A stretch of DNA of 64,000 nucleotides from Candidatus Woesearchaeota archaeon (GCA_018668595.1 JABJCP010000043.1:36490-100489), one strand, 5' to 3'. Counted from the first letter of the stretch, positions 30,048 through 41,308 are shown. Notes: generated from the sequence alone by a model not told the origin. A program made the numbers and translations.

Positions 30048-30330
30048 CTAATAAACTATTAACATTGACACATTGCCAATACTAACAAATTGCTAATTTT
30101 AGTTACTAATTATATATTACAAAAAAAAGATTACCTCTGCGTTTAATGCGAGTTTATGCTTTCTTTTTTTGTAATAAATACCTAGGAATTTAGTCCTTGG
30201 TTTTTTATTTCTTGAATTAATGTAAAGATTTATTAATACTACCAGGTATTTTTATGTTTAATATTAAATTTAACAGTAAAATTAAAATACTTAAACTTCT
30301 TTAAATCATAAAATAGGTGAAAAAATCAAG

Positions 30331-31695
30331 ATGGATGAAAAAAACGAGGTGCAATTAGACTCTATTGAATCTAATTTATTAGCCGAGCTTGAAAAAAAGA
30401 GCAGTGAACTTTCTCAAAACAATTCATTCTTAGCAGAAAAACTCAAAGAAACAGAATGTACTATTTCTTCATTCAATACTGAACTTGCAAAACTTAAAAA
30501 TGTTAAAGACGCGTTAACCCAAAAAGATATTATTATTACAAAATTAAATAAGAAAATAGAAATTATGTCTTATGCGCAAAAACAACTCGAGTTTGATGCT
30601 CTTGATTTAAATGAACAGGTAACAAAAAAATCAGAATCACTTGATTTTTCTGAATCAAAACTTGTTGAGCGTAATAAAATTATTGAAGACCTAAAGAGCA
30701 AAATTAGTATTCTTTCGTTTGCACAAAAACAACTTGAATCTGAAGTTCTTGATATAAAATCTCAATTAGATAAATCTGTTGCAAATCTTGAGTTTAATAA
30801 AGATGAAATTGTAAACAAAGAATTGGAAGTTACTGAACTTAGCGGACAAATAAAGCACCAATCAGATGCAATTAATCGACTAGAGTCTGAAAGTGCACAT
30901 TTTAGAAATCATGTTGAATTATTAACATCTAAATTACATATTAAAGAAGAGGATTTTAATAAATTTGCTGATGATCTTGCAGAGTCTAGAAAAAAAGTTG
31001 CTTTACTAAATACTACATTAATAAAAAAATCTCAGGAGTTTGAAGCAAAAGAAACAAATTTAACTCAAACATTAAATCAAACAAAAGAAAATCAAGAAGT
31101 TTATGTTAAACGGTTAATTTCTCAATACACTTTAAAAATTATTTCTCTTAAAAATCAGATGGAAAAAATGGACAAACTAATATCTATTAAAAATGGAACT
31201 ATTCAAAATCAAAAAGTTAAAGCTAATAACATAATGTCTGATTTGAATTCTAGGTTCAAAGATCTGATGAGTTCCGAAGATGCAGCAACACTTAATGGAT
31301 TTGAATCTGAAATTACCAGTTCTGATTCTAATGATTTTGAATATGAACTAGATTCAGACTCAATAAATAGTTCAGACGTAAAAGAAGACTCAATACCTGC
31401 CGCAAACTTAGACACAAACAGCAGTTCATTTGATTCGTTTAAACAAGAACTAGTATATGAAGATCAGTCAGAAGAAGCAGCAGTGGAAGAAGAAGAATTA
31501 CTTGTTGATCCATACCAAGAAATTCAAGATCCTTATTCATCTGCTCCAATGCCAAACATTGACGATATTGTACCTATGATTCAAATTGCAATCCAACATG
31601 GAGATCAAGAAATGAGCATAGTTAAGTCTTTAACTAATTCAGGTATTCCAAAAAAAGCAGTTGATTTAGCATTCGAAAAAATAAGACAAGAATAA
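30331..31695 (+). CDS. Long coiled-coil protein with acidic linker and small C-terminal helical domain
   Basis: Heptad-rich, internal repeat (S[YF]AQKQLE x2); AGGTGA SD. Confidence 0.75.
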   Translation: MDEKNEVQLDSIESNLLAELEKKSSELSQNNSFLAEKLKETECTISSFNTELAKLKNVKDALTQKDIIITKLNKKIEIMSYAQKQLEFDALDLNEQVTKKSESLDFSESKLVERNKIIEDLKSKISILSFAQKQLESEVLDIKSQLDKSVANLEFNKDEIVNKELEVTELSGQIKHQSDAINRLESESAHFRNHVELLTSKLHIKEEDFNKFADDLAESRKKVALLNTTLIKKSQEFEAKETNLTQTLNQTKENQEVYVKRLISQYTLKIISLKNQMEKMDKLISIKNGTIQNQKVKANNIMSDLNSRFKDLMSSEDAATLNGFESEITSSDSNDFEYELDSDSINSSDVKEDSIPAANLDTNSSSFDSFKQELVYEDQSEEAAVEEEELLVDPYQEIQDPYSSAPMPNIDDIVPMIQIAIQHGDQEMSIVKSLTNSGIPKKAVDLAFEKIRQE

Positions 31696-31781
31696 CAAAA
31701 AGAATAAACTAAACTACTACATAAACAAATATTAGAAAAAAAAGATAATAAAAAATTAAAAAAAAGTTAATTCTAAATTAT

Positions 31782-32759
31782 TTATCCACCAACATGCTGC
31801 ACTAACAAAGATGTTGTTACACTATTTTTATAATCATATCCAAGATCAAGTCTTACTATTTTCTTAAAGTCACTTGGAGATGTTACTGTTTGTGTACAAC
31901 TTATTTCTCGTGCTCCATTCAGAAGAATTGCATCTCCTTCTACAACACCATTACTTGCTGCTACATTTTGAAGTCCGCTACAAGTTAGTGTATCTGAAAT
32001 TCCTGTGTCAACTTTCACATGTACTTTATTTCTTTTTTGGAATGTTTCTTCACAAGTAGATCCAGATTCGTATAGTTTTCCAGAACCTACATGTTCAATC
32101 TTAAACAAAAAGCTGACTTTAGTTGAGCTTGCAACTGATTCTCTAAAACTAGATACTTTTACTGGCGATCCTGAATTATCAACTGTTTTTTCTTCAGTTA
32201 CTGTACAAAATGTATTTTCTTCTCCACTTACTCCAATCAAGTCTTCAAGAACACACAAATCTGTATTTACTATAGATCCATATTTATAACATACATCTGC
32301 TTTTAGGTTATAAGTCACTTGTCCTGCTAATTCAGTTTGGTGAGAGAATACTGAACCTGATGAAGGGAAATCTAATGTTGCAATTCCTCCAGGTATTCTT
32401 CCACCTTCTGTATCAATCTTTACTCCTCTTAGAGGGTCTGGACTAAACTTTTCTAAATCTGATGTTCCAACGCCAAAGTCTGCAGGATCAAATCCTGTTA
32501 GCATTACTTTTACATCATTTATATCATCAATATTATGACTTCCTTTATTTTCAATTCTAATACTTATTCCAAATGGTTGTTCTTTATCTAGAATTTTTTC
32601 TGGAGGTGCTCCGGGAACAAAGCTTATGGATAATGCTTCTGTTGTTTGTTCAAACATGCTTCCACTTCCTGAAGCTTGCGCATCTGCATTTTGATTTTGA
32701 CCACATCCTACTGCAAATAACATAGATGATATGACCAAAAAGATTAGTATTTTTTTCAT
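31782..32759 (-). CDS. Surface lipoprotein, paralog 1 (CYxY family)
   Basis: GGAGG then MKKILIF..AVGC lipobox; F.PGAPPE, VCYKYG, SPVKV, LGYDY. Confidence 0.75.
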   Translation of the reverse strand: MKKILIFLVISSMLFAVGCGQNQNADAQASGSGSMFEQTTEALSISFVPGAPPEKILDKEQPFGISIRIENKGSHNIDDINDVKVMLTGFDPADFGVGTSDLEKFSPDPLRGVKIDTEGGRIPGGIATLDFPSSGSVFSHQTELAGQVTYNLKADVCYKYGSIVNTDLCVLEDLIGVSGEENTFCTVTEEKTVDNSGSPVKVSSFRESVASSTKVSFLFKIEHVGSGKLYESGSTCEETFQKRNKVHVKVDTGISDTLTCSGLQNVAASNGVVEGDAILLNGAREISCTQTVTSPSDFKKIVRLDLGYDYKNSVTTSLLVQHVGG

Positions 32760-32898
32760 GTTTACAGCCTCCAAAAATTTTTTAATAAATTTAATTTTTC
32801 ATTTTTGATATTTTAAATGTTTAATTTAAATATTTAATTTCGACATTTTTAAACATTTAATTATTGATCTTAAAACTTAGTTATCAAAACGTAGTTAT

Positions 32899-33840
32899 CT
32901 ATTCGTCAATACTTCTTATATCTACTTGTTGACTTATACTATTTTTATATCCATACTCGAGTTCAATATTTAATGTGGTTTGATATGCTCCTTGTTGTTG
33001 ACTATGTGGAAATTTACAAAAAATTGTTGCTTGTCCATTCACAAGTCTTAGTTTATCATGATCTGGTTTACATTCTCCAAATGCTTGTCCTTCTCCAAGT
33101 GTTGGAACATAATATCTTATTTTATTTAATTCTTTATAGTCTAATAAATGAGGACAACTACCAATTGAATTAGCGTCAAATGCCACGCCTCCTCCTGCAT
33201 TTGAAATTTGTATTCTAAAATAAGTTGCTTTAGGTGTTGTTTCTTGTTCAATAGATGATACTGCTATTGGTGCTCCTTGACTTCCAGGAGATGCACCATT
33301 AGGGTTACATACTTTATCACTTAATTTATCCGTCGGGTTTGTATCAAGACATACTACTGGATTTGCTCTTGTTTTATATTTATAACAAGCAGTTAATAAA
33401 AATGTTGGATTATATGTTTGAGCTCCTAGCGGAAGATGTAATGCATTTGATTCAAATTCAACTATTTCCATACCACCCTCGGGATTAAACTGAGATTTAC
33501 CTTCTAAATTAAAGACTTGTTGATATCCACCATTATTTATATTTACAATACTTTGATCATATCCTGTTAAATGAAGCGACGCTGCAGGTAAATCATATGT
33601 TCCTGCATTTTTTACTTTAATCATAAAGAGTAATGGTGCTGTAGTATATACTTGCGCAGGTGGTTGATCTGCTAAGAATTCTAATGTTAGTCCTTCTGTT
33701 CCTGAAGGAGTGTATAAACCTATTCCATTTGGTTGATCTGGATTTCCTTTTTGCATTCCCAAACTTCCACAACCCGACAATATTAAAATTGAGAATACTA
33801 CAAGTATGAGAATTAAATGTTTTTTTATGGTTTCATTCAT
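32899..33840 (-). CDS. Surface lipoprotein, paralog 2 (CYxY family)
   Basis: LSGC lipobox; FLADQPP, ACYKYKT, VCLD, GAPIAV, LEYGY. Confidence 0.75.
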   Translation of the reverse strand: MNETIKKHLILILVVFSILILSGCGSLGMQKGNPDQPNGIGLYTPSGTEGLTLEFLADQPPAQVYTTAPLLFMIKVKNAGTYDLPAASLHLTGYDQSIVNINNGGYQQVFNLEGKSQFNPEGGMEIVEFESNALHLPLGAQTYNPTFLLTACYKYKTRANPVVCLDTNPTDKLSDKVCNPNGASPGSQGAPIAVSSIEQETTPKATYFRIQISNAGGGVAFDANSIGSCPHLLDYKELNKIRYYVPTLGEGQAFGECKPDHDKLRLVNGQATIFCKFPHSQQQGAYQTTLNIELEYGYKNSISQQVDIRSIDE

Positions 33841-34047
33841 TGTTACTCCTCTTTTTTGATAATAAACACTTATTTTAATTTATATACTTTTCGGTTATTT
33901 TAATTTATTTTATTAAAATATATTATAAACCAATAAATTTGCGCTGAATAGCTAAATGATGGATAAATAATATTTAAACAGGAATAATCCATATTTGAAG
34001 TTTTAAAGTTTAAAAACTTAAAAAATTAAAAGTTCAAAGGTTTCAAA

Positions 34048-35121
34048 CTATATATTTACATCATCACTTGGAACTGATTTCATTTCAGATTCTAAATTTT
34101 GACACCCTACTTTATCAAGTTCTCCTGATGGCGGAATTATATTTAATTTCTGATGGATTTTTGATTTAAAATTATATTTCAAATTTATTGTCAATGGTGT
34201 TGTAAACGTACCTTCAGTACTAGTTAATTCTGTTTGACATCTTAACATACCCACTTTTGATTTTAGTTCTACTACATTTGAGGGTAACCCTGAACTTGTC
34301 AGACTTTTACAATTAAGTTTTTGTCCCCTTAATTCAACATCTGCATAAATTCTATTTTGTTTTCCAGGATCACTACAACTCAATTTACTTTCTGAAAAAT
34401 ACACTTCTCCGTCTTGAACTTGTGATAATTCTATTGTTACCATTGCTTGTAATTTATTTTTATAAGGAACTATATTTGCATCAACGCGATTAATAGCTAT
34501 TGGTGCACCTTGTCCTCCTGAAAAAGATAAGTTTTGTTGTTCACAAATTTTTTCTATTTCTTCTCGATTAATATTATCCTTAGCAGTTGGATCTAAGCAA
34601 ACATCTACTCCGAATTTTGTTTCGTAATCATAACAAGATATAGCAGTTATTGTTTTAATAATATTATTTTTACTGCCTTTTAATTGATCAAAACAACGAA
34701 CCATTATAGGAAACAGGATAATATCTTCTTCGCCTTCTGATAAAAATTCGGATCTTCCTAAGACTTCAAAATTTTTTGTTAATTTATTTCCTTCTACTAA
34801 AAAAATATTTGAATCTGCATTAAGAATTATTTCCCCTTTTCCTGTGTCAATATCATATGCACCATAATTTTTCACTCTAATGCCGATATCAAATTTGTCA
34901 CCTATGAGAACTGTTTCTGGAGGCATGCTTTCAACAAATTCAAGCATTATTCCTTGTATTCCTTGATATGGATTATGAAGTTGTAAATTACCTGTGCTTT
35001 GTCCACCACCCCATGCTGAAAAACGTGATCCTCCTGAACAACCAGCTAAAGTCATCAAAAATATGAGTATGATAATTATCTGAGTTATAAAAATTAAGTT
35101 TTTTTGTTTATGTGTTTTCAT
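34048..35121 (-). CDS. Surface lipoprotein, paralog 3 (CYxY family)
   Basis: LAGC lipobox; FVESMPPE, SCYDYET, VCLD, GAPIAI, LKYNF. Confidence 0.75.
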   Translation of the reverse strand: MKTHKQKNLIFITQIIIILIFLMTLAGCSGGSRFSAWGGGQSTGNLQLHNPYQGIQGIMLEFVESMPPETVLIGDKFDIGIRVKNYGAYDIDTGKGEIILNADSNIFLVEGNKLTKNFEVLGRSEFLSEGEEDIILFPIMVRCFDQLKGSKNNIIKTITAISCYDYETKFGVDVCLDPTAKDNINREEIEKICEQQNLSFSGGQGAPIAINRVDANIVPYKNKLQAMVTIELSQVQDGEVYFSESKLSCSDPGKQNRIYADVELRGQKLNCKSLTSSGLPSNVVELKSKVGMLRCQTELTSTEGTFTTPLTINLKYNFKSKIHQKLNIIPPSGELDKVGCQNLESEMKSVPSDDVNI

Positions 35122-35308
35122 TTTTTTAAAGTACGTTTAATAAATATTTTTAATAAACAATTTTAATAAATACTTTAAATAAATGCATTTAAAGTAGGAT
35201 ATACTACAATAGTCGCATAAATTATATTACTCGTAAATTATATTATTGTAAGTGATATTATTGTAAAGTATAAAAGTTTTTAGTTAATTCATCGAACATA
35301 TTATTTAA

Positions 35309-37021
35309 TTATGCTGGTTTACCTACCATAGATCCCATTGAACCTGTTGATTCTGATTGGCTTTCGCTCTCTGAACTTGCAGGTAATGTCACGGTTGTTG
35401 AACTAGTTTTTTTTGTTTTTTGTTTTGCACACCAAACATAATCTTTTTTACTATCATCATTATCTTTAGGTCGTACATCTAATTTGTATTCTTTTTGAGT
35501 TCCATATTCATATTCTATTTCTGCTAAAATTAAAACATCATTAGGTTCGTTAGGAAGACGTAAAACTTTTTTTGGATCTAAAATTTCTAAGTGACAAGAA
35601 GGCATTGATTTTTGAAGAGTATGTTCTAATTCATAAAATTCATATTTTTCAGGATTATTCAAATACAACACATTTCTTCCATTTTCTTCTTTTGCAGTCC
35701 ATCCTGAACAAAAATCAACTTGTACACCCCCTATCTGATTAGGTTTTGCAACACCAAATCCGTCTGGAATTACAACTTTTAGTGCATGTACTGTATCTAC
35801 TGTTCCTTCGACCATGTTTTCTACACTTACTTGTATTTTTAATTTTTTAGATGCTATTTGATTATTTTGAGATCCAATACCTCCAAAGCTTCCTGTTCCT
35901 GTATCAATTCCTATTAAAGGCATTTTTTCTGTTTGTATTATTAATTTAATTGGAGCTTTATCTGATTCAGATATTCCGTCGAGGTGCGCCACTTCAGGAT
36001 ACATATCTTTCAATGCTGCAATTACTTCATTTTCATTATCTAAAGTTAATTCTTTATCTCGAGCATATACTTTGAGTTTTTCTTCTAAAAAGTTTTTTTC
36101 AATATATGCATTTTGTAATTCTGCTCTTGTTACAAATCCTTCTGATAGTGCAGTAAAATATACTAAATATGCTTCTGGACAAGTAATATTTTGAGGATAG
36201 CAAGTTATTTCTTCGTCAAAATTTGATGCTGCAGTTATTACTTCAGGAAATACAGGTGAAACTGTTGCGTCGTCTAATCTTTGAAAAGTTCCTGGTGATT
36301 TTTTAAAAATTGATCTTCTAACCACGTGACAAGTAACCATCGTTACTATATCTTCATCATATCCAAATCCATGAACTCTTGATCTAAACTCGATAGATTC
36401 GCGAGAATCAATATCTATAGGAGAGGGTATAAAATATTTTGCGGGATTTGGTGTCCAAGGATTTAACCATTCAACTCCTACAAATTCTTTTGTTTTTGTT
36501 TGTTTTCCTTCAACATAATCTCCTTTGTATATTTGTTCATTTTTTTTCCAACTGAGTTTAAAATTATCAATTAATTTTGATAAAGCGTTTTTACCCCCAT
36601 ACGTTACATCATCTGCTGCAGCTCCAACATCTCCTCCTTGATATTTTGCAATTGCAGCCTGTGCAATTGTAGGGCCTGTAAAATAAAATGCTAATCCGAA
36701 TATTGCAATAATAATTAATGCTTTGAAAAATACACCCATCCAATCTTTAGGACTTTTTTGATCTGGTGAAGGTTCTTCTATAACTACTTTAGGTTCGGGT
36801 TGGGATGATTGAGTAGAATTAATTGGTTCAGCAGAAAATGGCGATTGTTGAACTGGTTGTTGAACTGGTTGTTGAGGATTTGGTTGTTGAAAAGAATTAC
36901 CTAAATTAATAGATCCTTGTGAATTTACAGAGGGATTAATGTTAGGAGAAAGAGGGTTTATTGGAGCTAATCCTTTCTTCCCTAAATTATTAAACTTAAT
37001 ATCATCCACCTCTTTTTTCAA
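35309..37021 (-). CDS. Membrane-anchored surface protein, distant relative of the adjacent paralogs
   Basis: P/Q-rich N-terminus, one TM helix, KAPIKLII and EIEYEY motifs, S/T tail. Confidence 0.7.
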   Translation of the reverse strand: MKKEVDDIKFNNLGKKGLAPINPLSPNINPSVNSQGSINLGNSFQQPNPQQPVQQPVQQSPFSAEPINSTQSSQPEPKVVIEEPSPDQKSPKDWMGVFFKALIIIAIFGLAFYFTGPTIAQAAIAKYQGGDVGAAADDVTYGGKNALSKLIDNFKLSWKKNEQIYKGDYVEGKQTKTKEFVGVEWLNPWTPNPAKYFIPSPIDIDSRESIEFRSRVHGFGYDEDIVTMVTCHVVRRSIFKKSPGTFQRLDDATVSPVFPEVITAASNFDEEITCYPQNITCPEAYLVYFTALSEGFVTRAELQNAYIEKNFLEEKLKVYARDKELTLDNENEVIAALKDMYPEVAHLDGISESDKAPIKLIIQTEKMPLIGIDTGTGSFGGIGSQNNQIASKKLKIQVSVENMVEGTVDTVHALKVVIPDGFGVAKPNQIGGVQVDFCSGWTAKEENGRNVLYLNNPEKYEFYELEHTLQKSMPSCHLEILDPKKVLRLPNEPNDVLILAEIEYEYGTQKEYKLDVRPKDNDDSKKDYVWCAKQKTKKTSSTTVTLPASSESESQSESTGSMGSMVGKPA

Positions 37022-37057
37022 AAAATTAAAAGTAAAAAAATATAAAATAACGAAAAA

Positions 37058-37103
37058 AATACATTAAAACTAATACATTAATAATACATTAAAAATACAT
37101 TAA
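37058..37103. repeat. AATACATTA x4 short repeat
   Basis: Four copies with short spacers in the intergenic region. Confidence 0.7.
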
Positions 37104-37152
37104 TTGGATTAAAACATTGAGCTAATAAATTAAATCAACCAACATTATAAAA

Positions 37153-38403
37153 TCAATTATCTCTATATACTTCTAATTCAACAATTTGCAATATTTCGTC
37201 AGGAATTATTTTTATCGCATTATTTCCTTCAATTAAATAATCATTGATCTTCTTTTTGTAAACTCTATCTCTTTGATATATATTTGTTTCAACACCATTA
37301 ATATTTATTCTACCTTCTTTTTGTTCATTGTCATCAACAAATGTTATTTTTAGATATATATCATCAGAATCATCTTCAACATCATCAAATTCATCTTCGT
37401 CAAGATCAAAAAAGTATACTGGCTGTACAATTTCTTTTAGTTCACTCTTGATTTTTATTAGCTCGACTATGTAATTTCCTTTTTCTGTTTTAAATACTAT
37501 TTGATTTTCACCATTACGCAAAATATCTGGTGCAAACTCTACACCCAATGCATATCCACAATCAGGTATTGCTTCATAAACTAAATGATTATTTACTAGT
37601 GCTTGTAATTTTCCAGTCACTCCTAATTCACACTGAGGTGTGAAAATTAATCGTCCTCTTTTTAGATTATTTTTTTCAGTTGCGCTAACAATAAATATGT
37701 TTTTGCTTTGTTGTTGAGTTATGTCTGTTATGTCTCCCGTGATTTGTAAATTTTCAAGTGTGTGTTTGTTTACTTTCCAAAACTGCCACCCAACTGATTC
37801 TGTAAAAAACTCTAATTTATTTGCTCCTTGAGCTACATATTTTTTTGGAACCACAACAGGATCTGGATTTTCTTTTGTAATTTCTTGATTAAATATATCT
37901 TTTCCATTTAGTGTTATTCGCATATTCCCCTCGTGTATTTTAGATACAAAGGTTAATAACAAATTTTCTGTATGGGTTAAATCTTGAATAACAAATGTGA
38001 ACTCAGCACTTGTATCTGAAAACCAACTTTTTTTAGCAGTCAAGCTGCTTTGAGTATCTAATACTTGAGCATCTTGTGTAGCAAATATTGTTAATGCAGG
38101 AATACTGTGAGTTATTTCTTTAGTTGACAATGAAGTTAATGTTCCTGGATTTTCAAGTAATAATGTTTTATTGGATCCTGAATCAGAATCTGAATCAGAA
38201 TCTGTTGAATTTCCTTCTAGAATTTCTTGCCTCACATGAGGTGGAATAAACAGTAAGTAAAATATGATCAACAGTGCAATTACTGCAACTAATGTTGCGG
38301 CTTTTGTTCCATCTTGTGCTTTTCTGCTTATTAAAAACATAGATTTAGATCTGCAATTAGATCTACAATTAGAATTTCCTGATTTTTTTATTCGTGCCAT
38401 CAA
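37153..38403 (-). CDS. Beta-rich surface protein with class III (pilin-like) signal-peptide resemblance
   Basis: RKAQ followed by a hydrophobic helix; repeated G.N.I/L.F/I strands. Confidence 0.65.
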   Translation of the reverse strand: MMARIKKSGNSNCRSNCRSKSMFLISRKAQDGTKAATLVAVIALLIIFYLLFIPPHVRQEILEGNSTDSDSDSDSGSNKTLLLENPGTLTSLSTKEITHSIPALTIFATQDAQVLDTQSSLTAKKSWFSDTSAEFTFVIQDLTHTENLLLTFVSKIHEGNMRITLNGKDIFNQEITKENPDPVVVPKKYVAQGANKLEFFTESVGWQFWKVNKHTLENLQITGDITDITQQQSKNIFIVSATEKNNLKRGRLIFTPQCELGVTGKLQALVNNHLVYEAIPDCGYALGVEFAPDILRNGENQIVFKTEKGNYIVELIKIKSELKEIVQPVYFFDLDEDEFDDVEDDSDDIYLKITFVDDNEQKEGRININGVETNIYQRDRVYKKKINDYLIEGNNAIKIIPDEILQIVELEVYRDN

Positions 38404-38604
38404 ATTTACCCCTTTTCGCCTTGATTTTATTGAATATTTAATTTGAAAAAATACTTAAAATTATATTAATTTAAATTATGATATATTAAATTTATTACCC
38501 CATATATAAATAACAAATTATTTTCATAATATTTTATTTTAATATTAATAACTTTTATGATTAATGAATAGTTTTATATATAAATGTTTTTCTTTTTATG
38601 AACT

Positions 38605-39663
38605 ATGAAACTGATATTATTTAAGAAAACTGATGCTAAAGTTGCAGTTGAAAATTTGGATGATTTGTGGTATTTAAGTAGTATTATCGATCCTGGAGAT
38701 ATTGTTGAAGGTAAAACTGAACGAAAAATTAAGATAGGTGAATCAGGAGATCGGAATCAAAAGGTAATTAAAAAAATTGTCTTTCTCAAAATTGCTATTG
38801 AAAATATTGAGTTTCATCAGTATGCATCAATTCTTAGAGTTTCTGGAAAAATTGTTGATGGTCCTGAAGATATTGCAAGAGGATCATATCACACATTTAA
38901 TGTCGAACCTAACACAACCATTAAAATCATAAAAGAAGAATGGTTAAGATTCCAATCTGAAAAATTAAAGGAAGCTTGTGAAAAAGCAACTCCTAAAGTT
39001 CTTATTTGTCTTTTTGATAGAGAAGATTGTTATATTGCAGTCTTAACTAAACAAGGTTATAAAATTCTTACAAATCTTAAAGGCAATGTTGCAAAAAAAC
39101 AAGAAACAAAATCAATGACTACTAATTTTTATACTGAAATTCTTGATTCATTAAAAGAATATGATTCTAGATATTCTGCATCAAACATAATTCTTGCATC
39201 ACCTGCATTTTGGAAAGAGGATTTTTTAAAAAATGTTAAAGATCAAGATATAAAAAAAAAATTTGTTTTAGCCACTGCTAGTAGCGTAGATGAAAAAGCA
39301 ATCAATGAAGTTTTAAAACGTCCTGAAACTCAAACTGTTTTAAAATCTGATCGTGTTGCAAAAGAACTAAAACTTGTAGAACAATTATTAGATGAGATTT
39401 CTAAAGAAGGTCTTGCAGTTTATGGAATTAAAGAAACAAAAACAGCAATTGATGCAGGCGCTGTTAAAATTCTTTTGGTAACAGATCATATAATTCAAAA
39501 ACTTAGACTACAACAAAAATTTAATTCTCTTAATAAATTGATGAAAAATGCAGATAAAGTTGGAGCAGATATTGTAATTATTAGTTCTGATCATGATGCA
39601 GGTAAAAAACTTGATGGTCTTGGTAGTGTTGCTGCAATTCTTAGGTATAAGTTAACTTATTGA
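38605..39663 (+). CDS. pelA: Pelota (aDom34) ribosome rescue factor
   Basis: ENLDDLWYL, LRVSGKI, GSYHT, GAVKILLV, GKKLDGLGSVAAILRY. Confidence 0.96.
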   Translation: MKLILFKKTDAKVAVENLDDLWYLSSIIDPGDIVEGKTERKIKIGESGDRNQKVIKKIVFLKIAIENIEFHQYASILRVSGKIVDGPEDIARGSYHTFNVEPNTTIKIIKEEWLRFQSEKLKEACEKATPKVLICLFDREDCYIAVLTKQGYKILTNLKGNVAKKQETKSMTTNFYTEILDSLKEYDSRYSASNIILASPAFWKEDFLKNVKDQDIKKKFVLATASSVDEKAINEVLKRPETQTVLKSDRVAKELKLVEQLLDEISKEGLAVYGIKETKTAIDAGAVKILLVTDHIIQKLRLQQKFNSLNKLMKNADKVGADIVIISSDHDAGKKLDGLGSVAAILRYKLTY

Positions 39664-39718
39664 AATTAAATTAGTAATAAAAAAAAATAGTATTTAAAAA
39701 AATAAACAGTAACCTATT

Positions 39719-40117
39719 TTACTCTCTTTCTCCTCTAAAGATATCAAATATAGAAACAATTATTATTGGAACTAATCCTAATGCTAAATGACTTAACATA
39801 TCTTTATTTACTTTTTCAAAAACTTTTAAAAAATTAATATAAAACAAAGTGTTAAATGCAGGAGAAATTAAAATTGCTGCACATGCGACCACAACAACAG
39901 ACTCAACAAGAATTCTTACGCGAATTCCATTGTTAAATGCGTGAAAAAATAAAATTAATGCATGAGTTATTAAAAAAATAGAAACTATAACTGCAAGCAA
40001 TGTTTTCAAATCAGGCATGAATAAATCAAATGTTTTATAGTGTTCGCCAAGTAAAATTACCATTGCAATAACTAAAGATATTGCTTGAAAAACCTCCAAT
40101 ATTTTTATTAAATCCAT
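39719..40117 (-). CDS. Small multi-pass membrane protein
   Basis: About four hydrophobic segments. Confidence 0.7.
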   Translation of the reverse strand: MDLIKILEVFQAISLVIAMVILLGEHYKTFDLFMPDLKTLLAVIVSIFLITHALILFFHAFNNGIRVRILVESVVVVACAAILISPAFNTLFYINFLKVFEKVNKDMLSHLALGLVPIIIVSIFDIFRGERE

Positions 40118-40184
40118 TTGATTTACTCTTATTAGTTATATTTATTGATTTTTATTTATTTGTACATTTAATTATTTTCAATTT

Positions 40185-41291
40185 TCACCTACTAACAATA
40201 GAAATAACTTCTTCACACATCATTAATTCTTCATTAGTTTTTACAACTAAAATTTTAATTTTAGAATTGTTTTTAGATATTACCAAAGGACCTTGCATTG
40301 CTGCTTTAGATATTTTATTTTTTTTCTTATCAAGATTGATTCCAAAAAAATCCATATTCTTTAGAGTTTTTTCTCGTATCCACTCTGCATTTTCACCTAT
40401 TCCTCCTGTGAAAATAATTGCATCAACACCATTCAATGCAGCCATATATGATCCAATATATTTTTTTAATCTATAACAAAAAACTTCAATTGCTAGTTTT
40501 GCGTCTTTTGATTTAGAATTATATATATCTCGCATATCATTCATACCGCATATTCCTTTGAGTCCACATTTTTTATTCAGAAATAATTCTGTTTTGTTCA
40601 AGTTTAAATTAATAATTGAATTTTTTTGTTTTTGTAAAAAAGGTATTATTGCAGGATCAAGATCTCCACTTCGAGTTCCCATCACCAATCCTTCAAGCGG
40701 AGTAAAGCCCATTGATGTGTCTATGCTTTTACCCCTATTAATTGCAGTTATACTTGCTCCATTTCCTAAATGGCAAGTAATTAGTTTGAGTTTAGATAAT
40801 GGTTTTTTCAAAACGTTAGCAGCGTGTAAAGAAACATATTTATGACTCATCCCATGAAAACCATATCGTCTAATTCCTAGCTTTTTTGAAATTTTTTGAG
40901 GTATTGCGTATGTATATGCATAATCAGGGATTGTTGAATGAAATGATGTATCAAATATTGCTATTTGAGGAACTTTGAAATTTTCTAAACAAAATTTTAT
41001 ACAATTAATTTCAGGAATATCATGCAAAGGTGCTAGTTCTTTTATTTTGTCTAATTGCTTAACTAATTTTTTTGTTATTCGTTTAGATTTTGTAATTTTT
41101 CCACCATGTACAACTCTATGACCTATTGCATCAATAGTATAATTCTGTGCTGCCAATTGTTTAATAATTTTTTTTAATATTTTCTTATAATCTTTTACTC
41201 GTTCCTCTAAACCATTAATAAGCAGTTTTTTATTTTCAAACAAACTGTACTTAATCGACGATGATCCTGCATTTATAATTAATATATTCAT
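40185..41291 (-). CDS. ackA: Acetate kinase
   Basis: INAGSSSIKY, GHRVVHGG, APLH, RRYGFHG, HLGNGAS, TSMGFTPLEG, FTGGIGEN, TNEE. Confidence 0.97.
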   Translation of the reverse strand: MNILIINAGSSSIKYSLFENKKLLINGLEERVKDYKKILKKIIKQLAAQNYTIDAIGHRVVHGGKITKSKRITKKLVKQLDKIKELAPLHDIPEINCIKFCLENFKVPQIAIFDTSFHSTIPDYAYTYAIPQKISKKLGIRRYGFHGMSHKYVSLHAANVLKKPLSKLKLITCHLGNGASITAINRGKSIDTSMGFTPLEGLVMGTRSGDLDPAIIPFLQKQKNSIINLNLNKTELFLNKKCGLKGICGMNDMRDIYNSKSKDAKLAIEVFCYRLKKYIGSYMAALNGVDAIIFTGGIGENAEWIREKTLKNMDFFGINLDKKKNKISKAAMQGPLVISKNNSKIKILVVKTNEELMMCEEVISIVSR

Positions 41292-41308
41292 TTTCGTTCA
41301 GCTATTTT

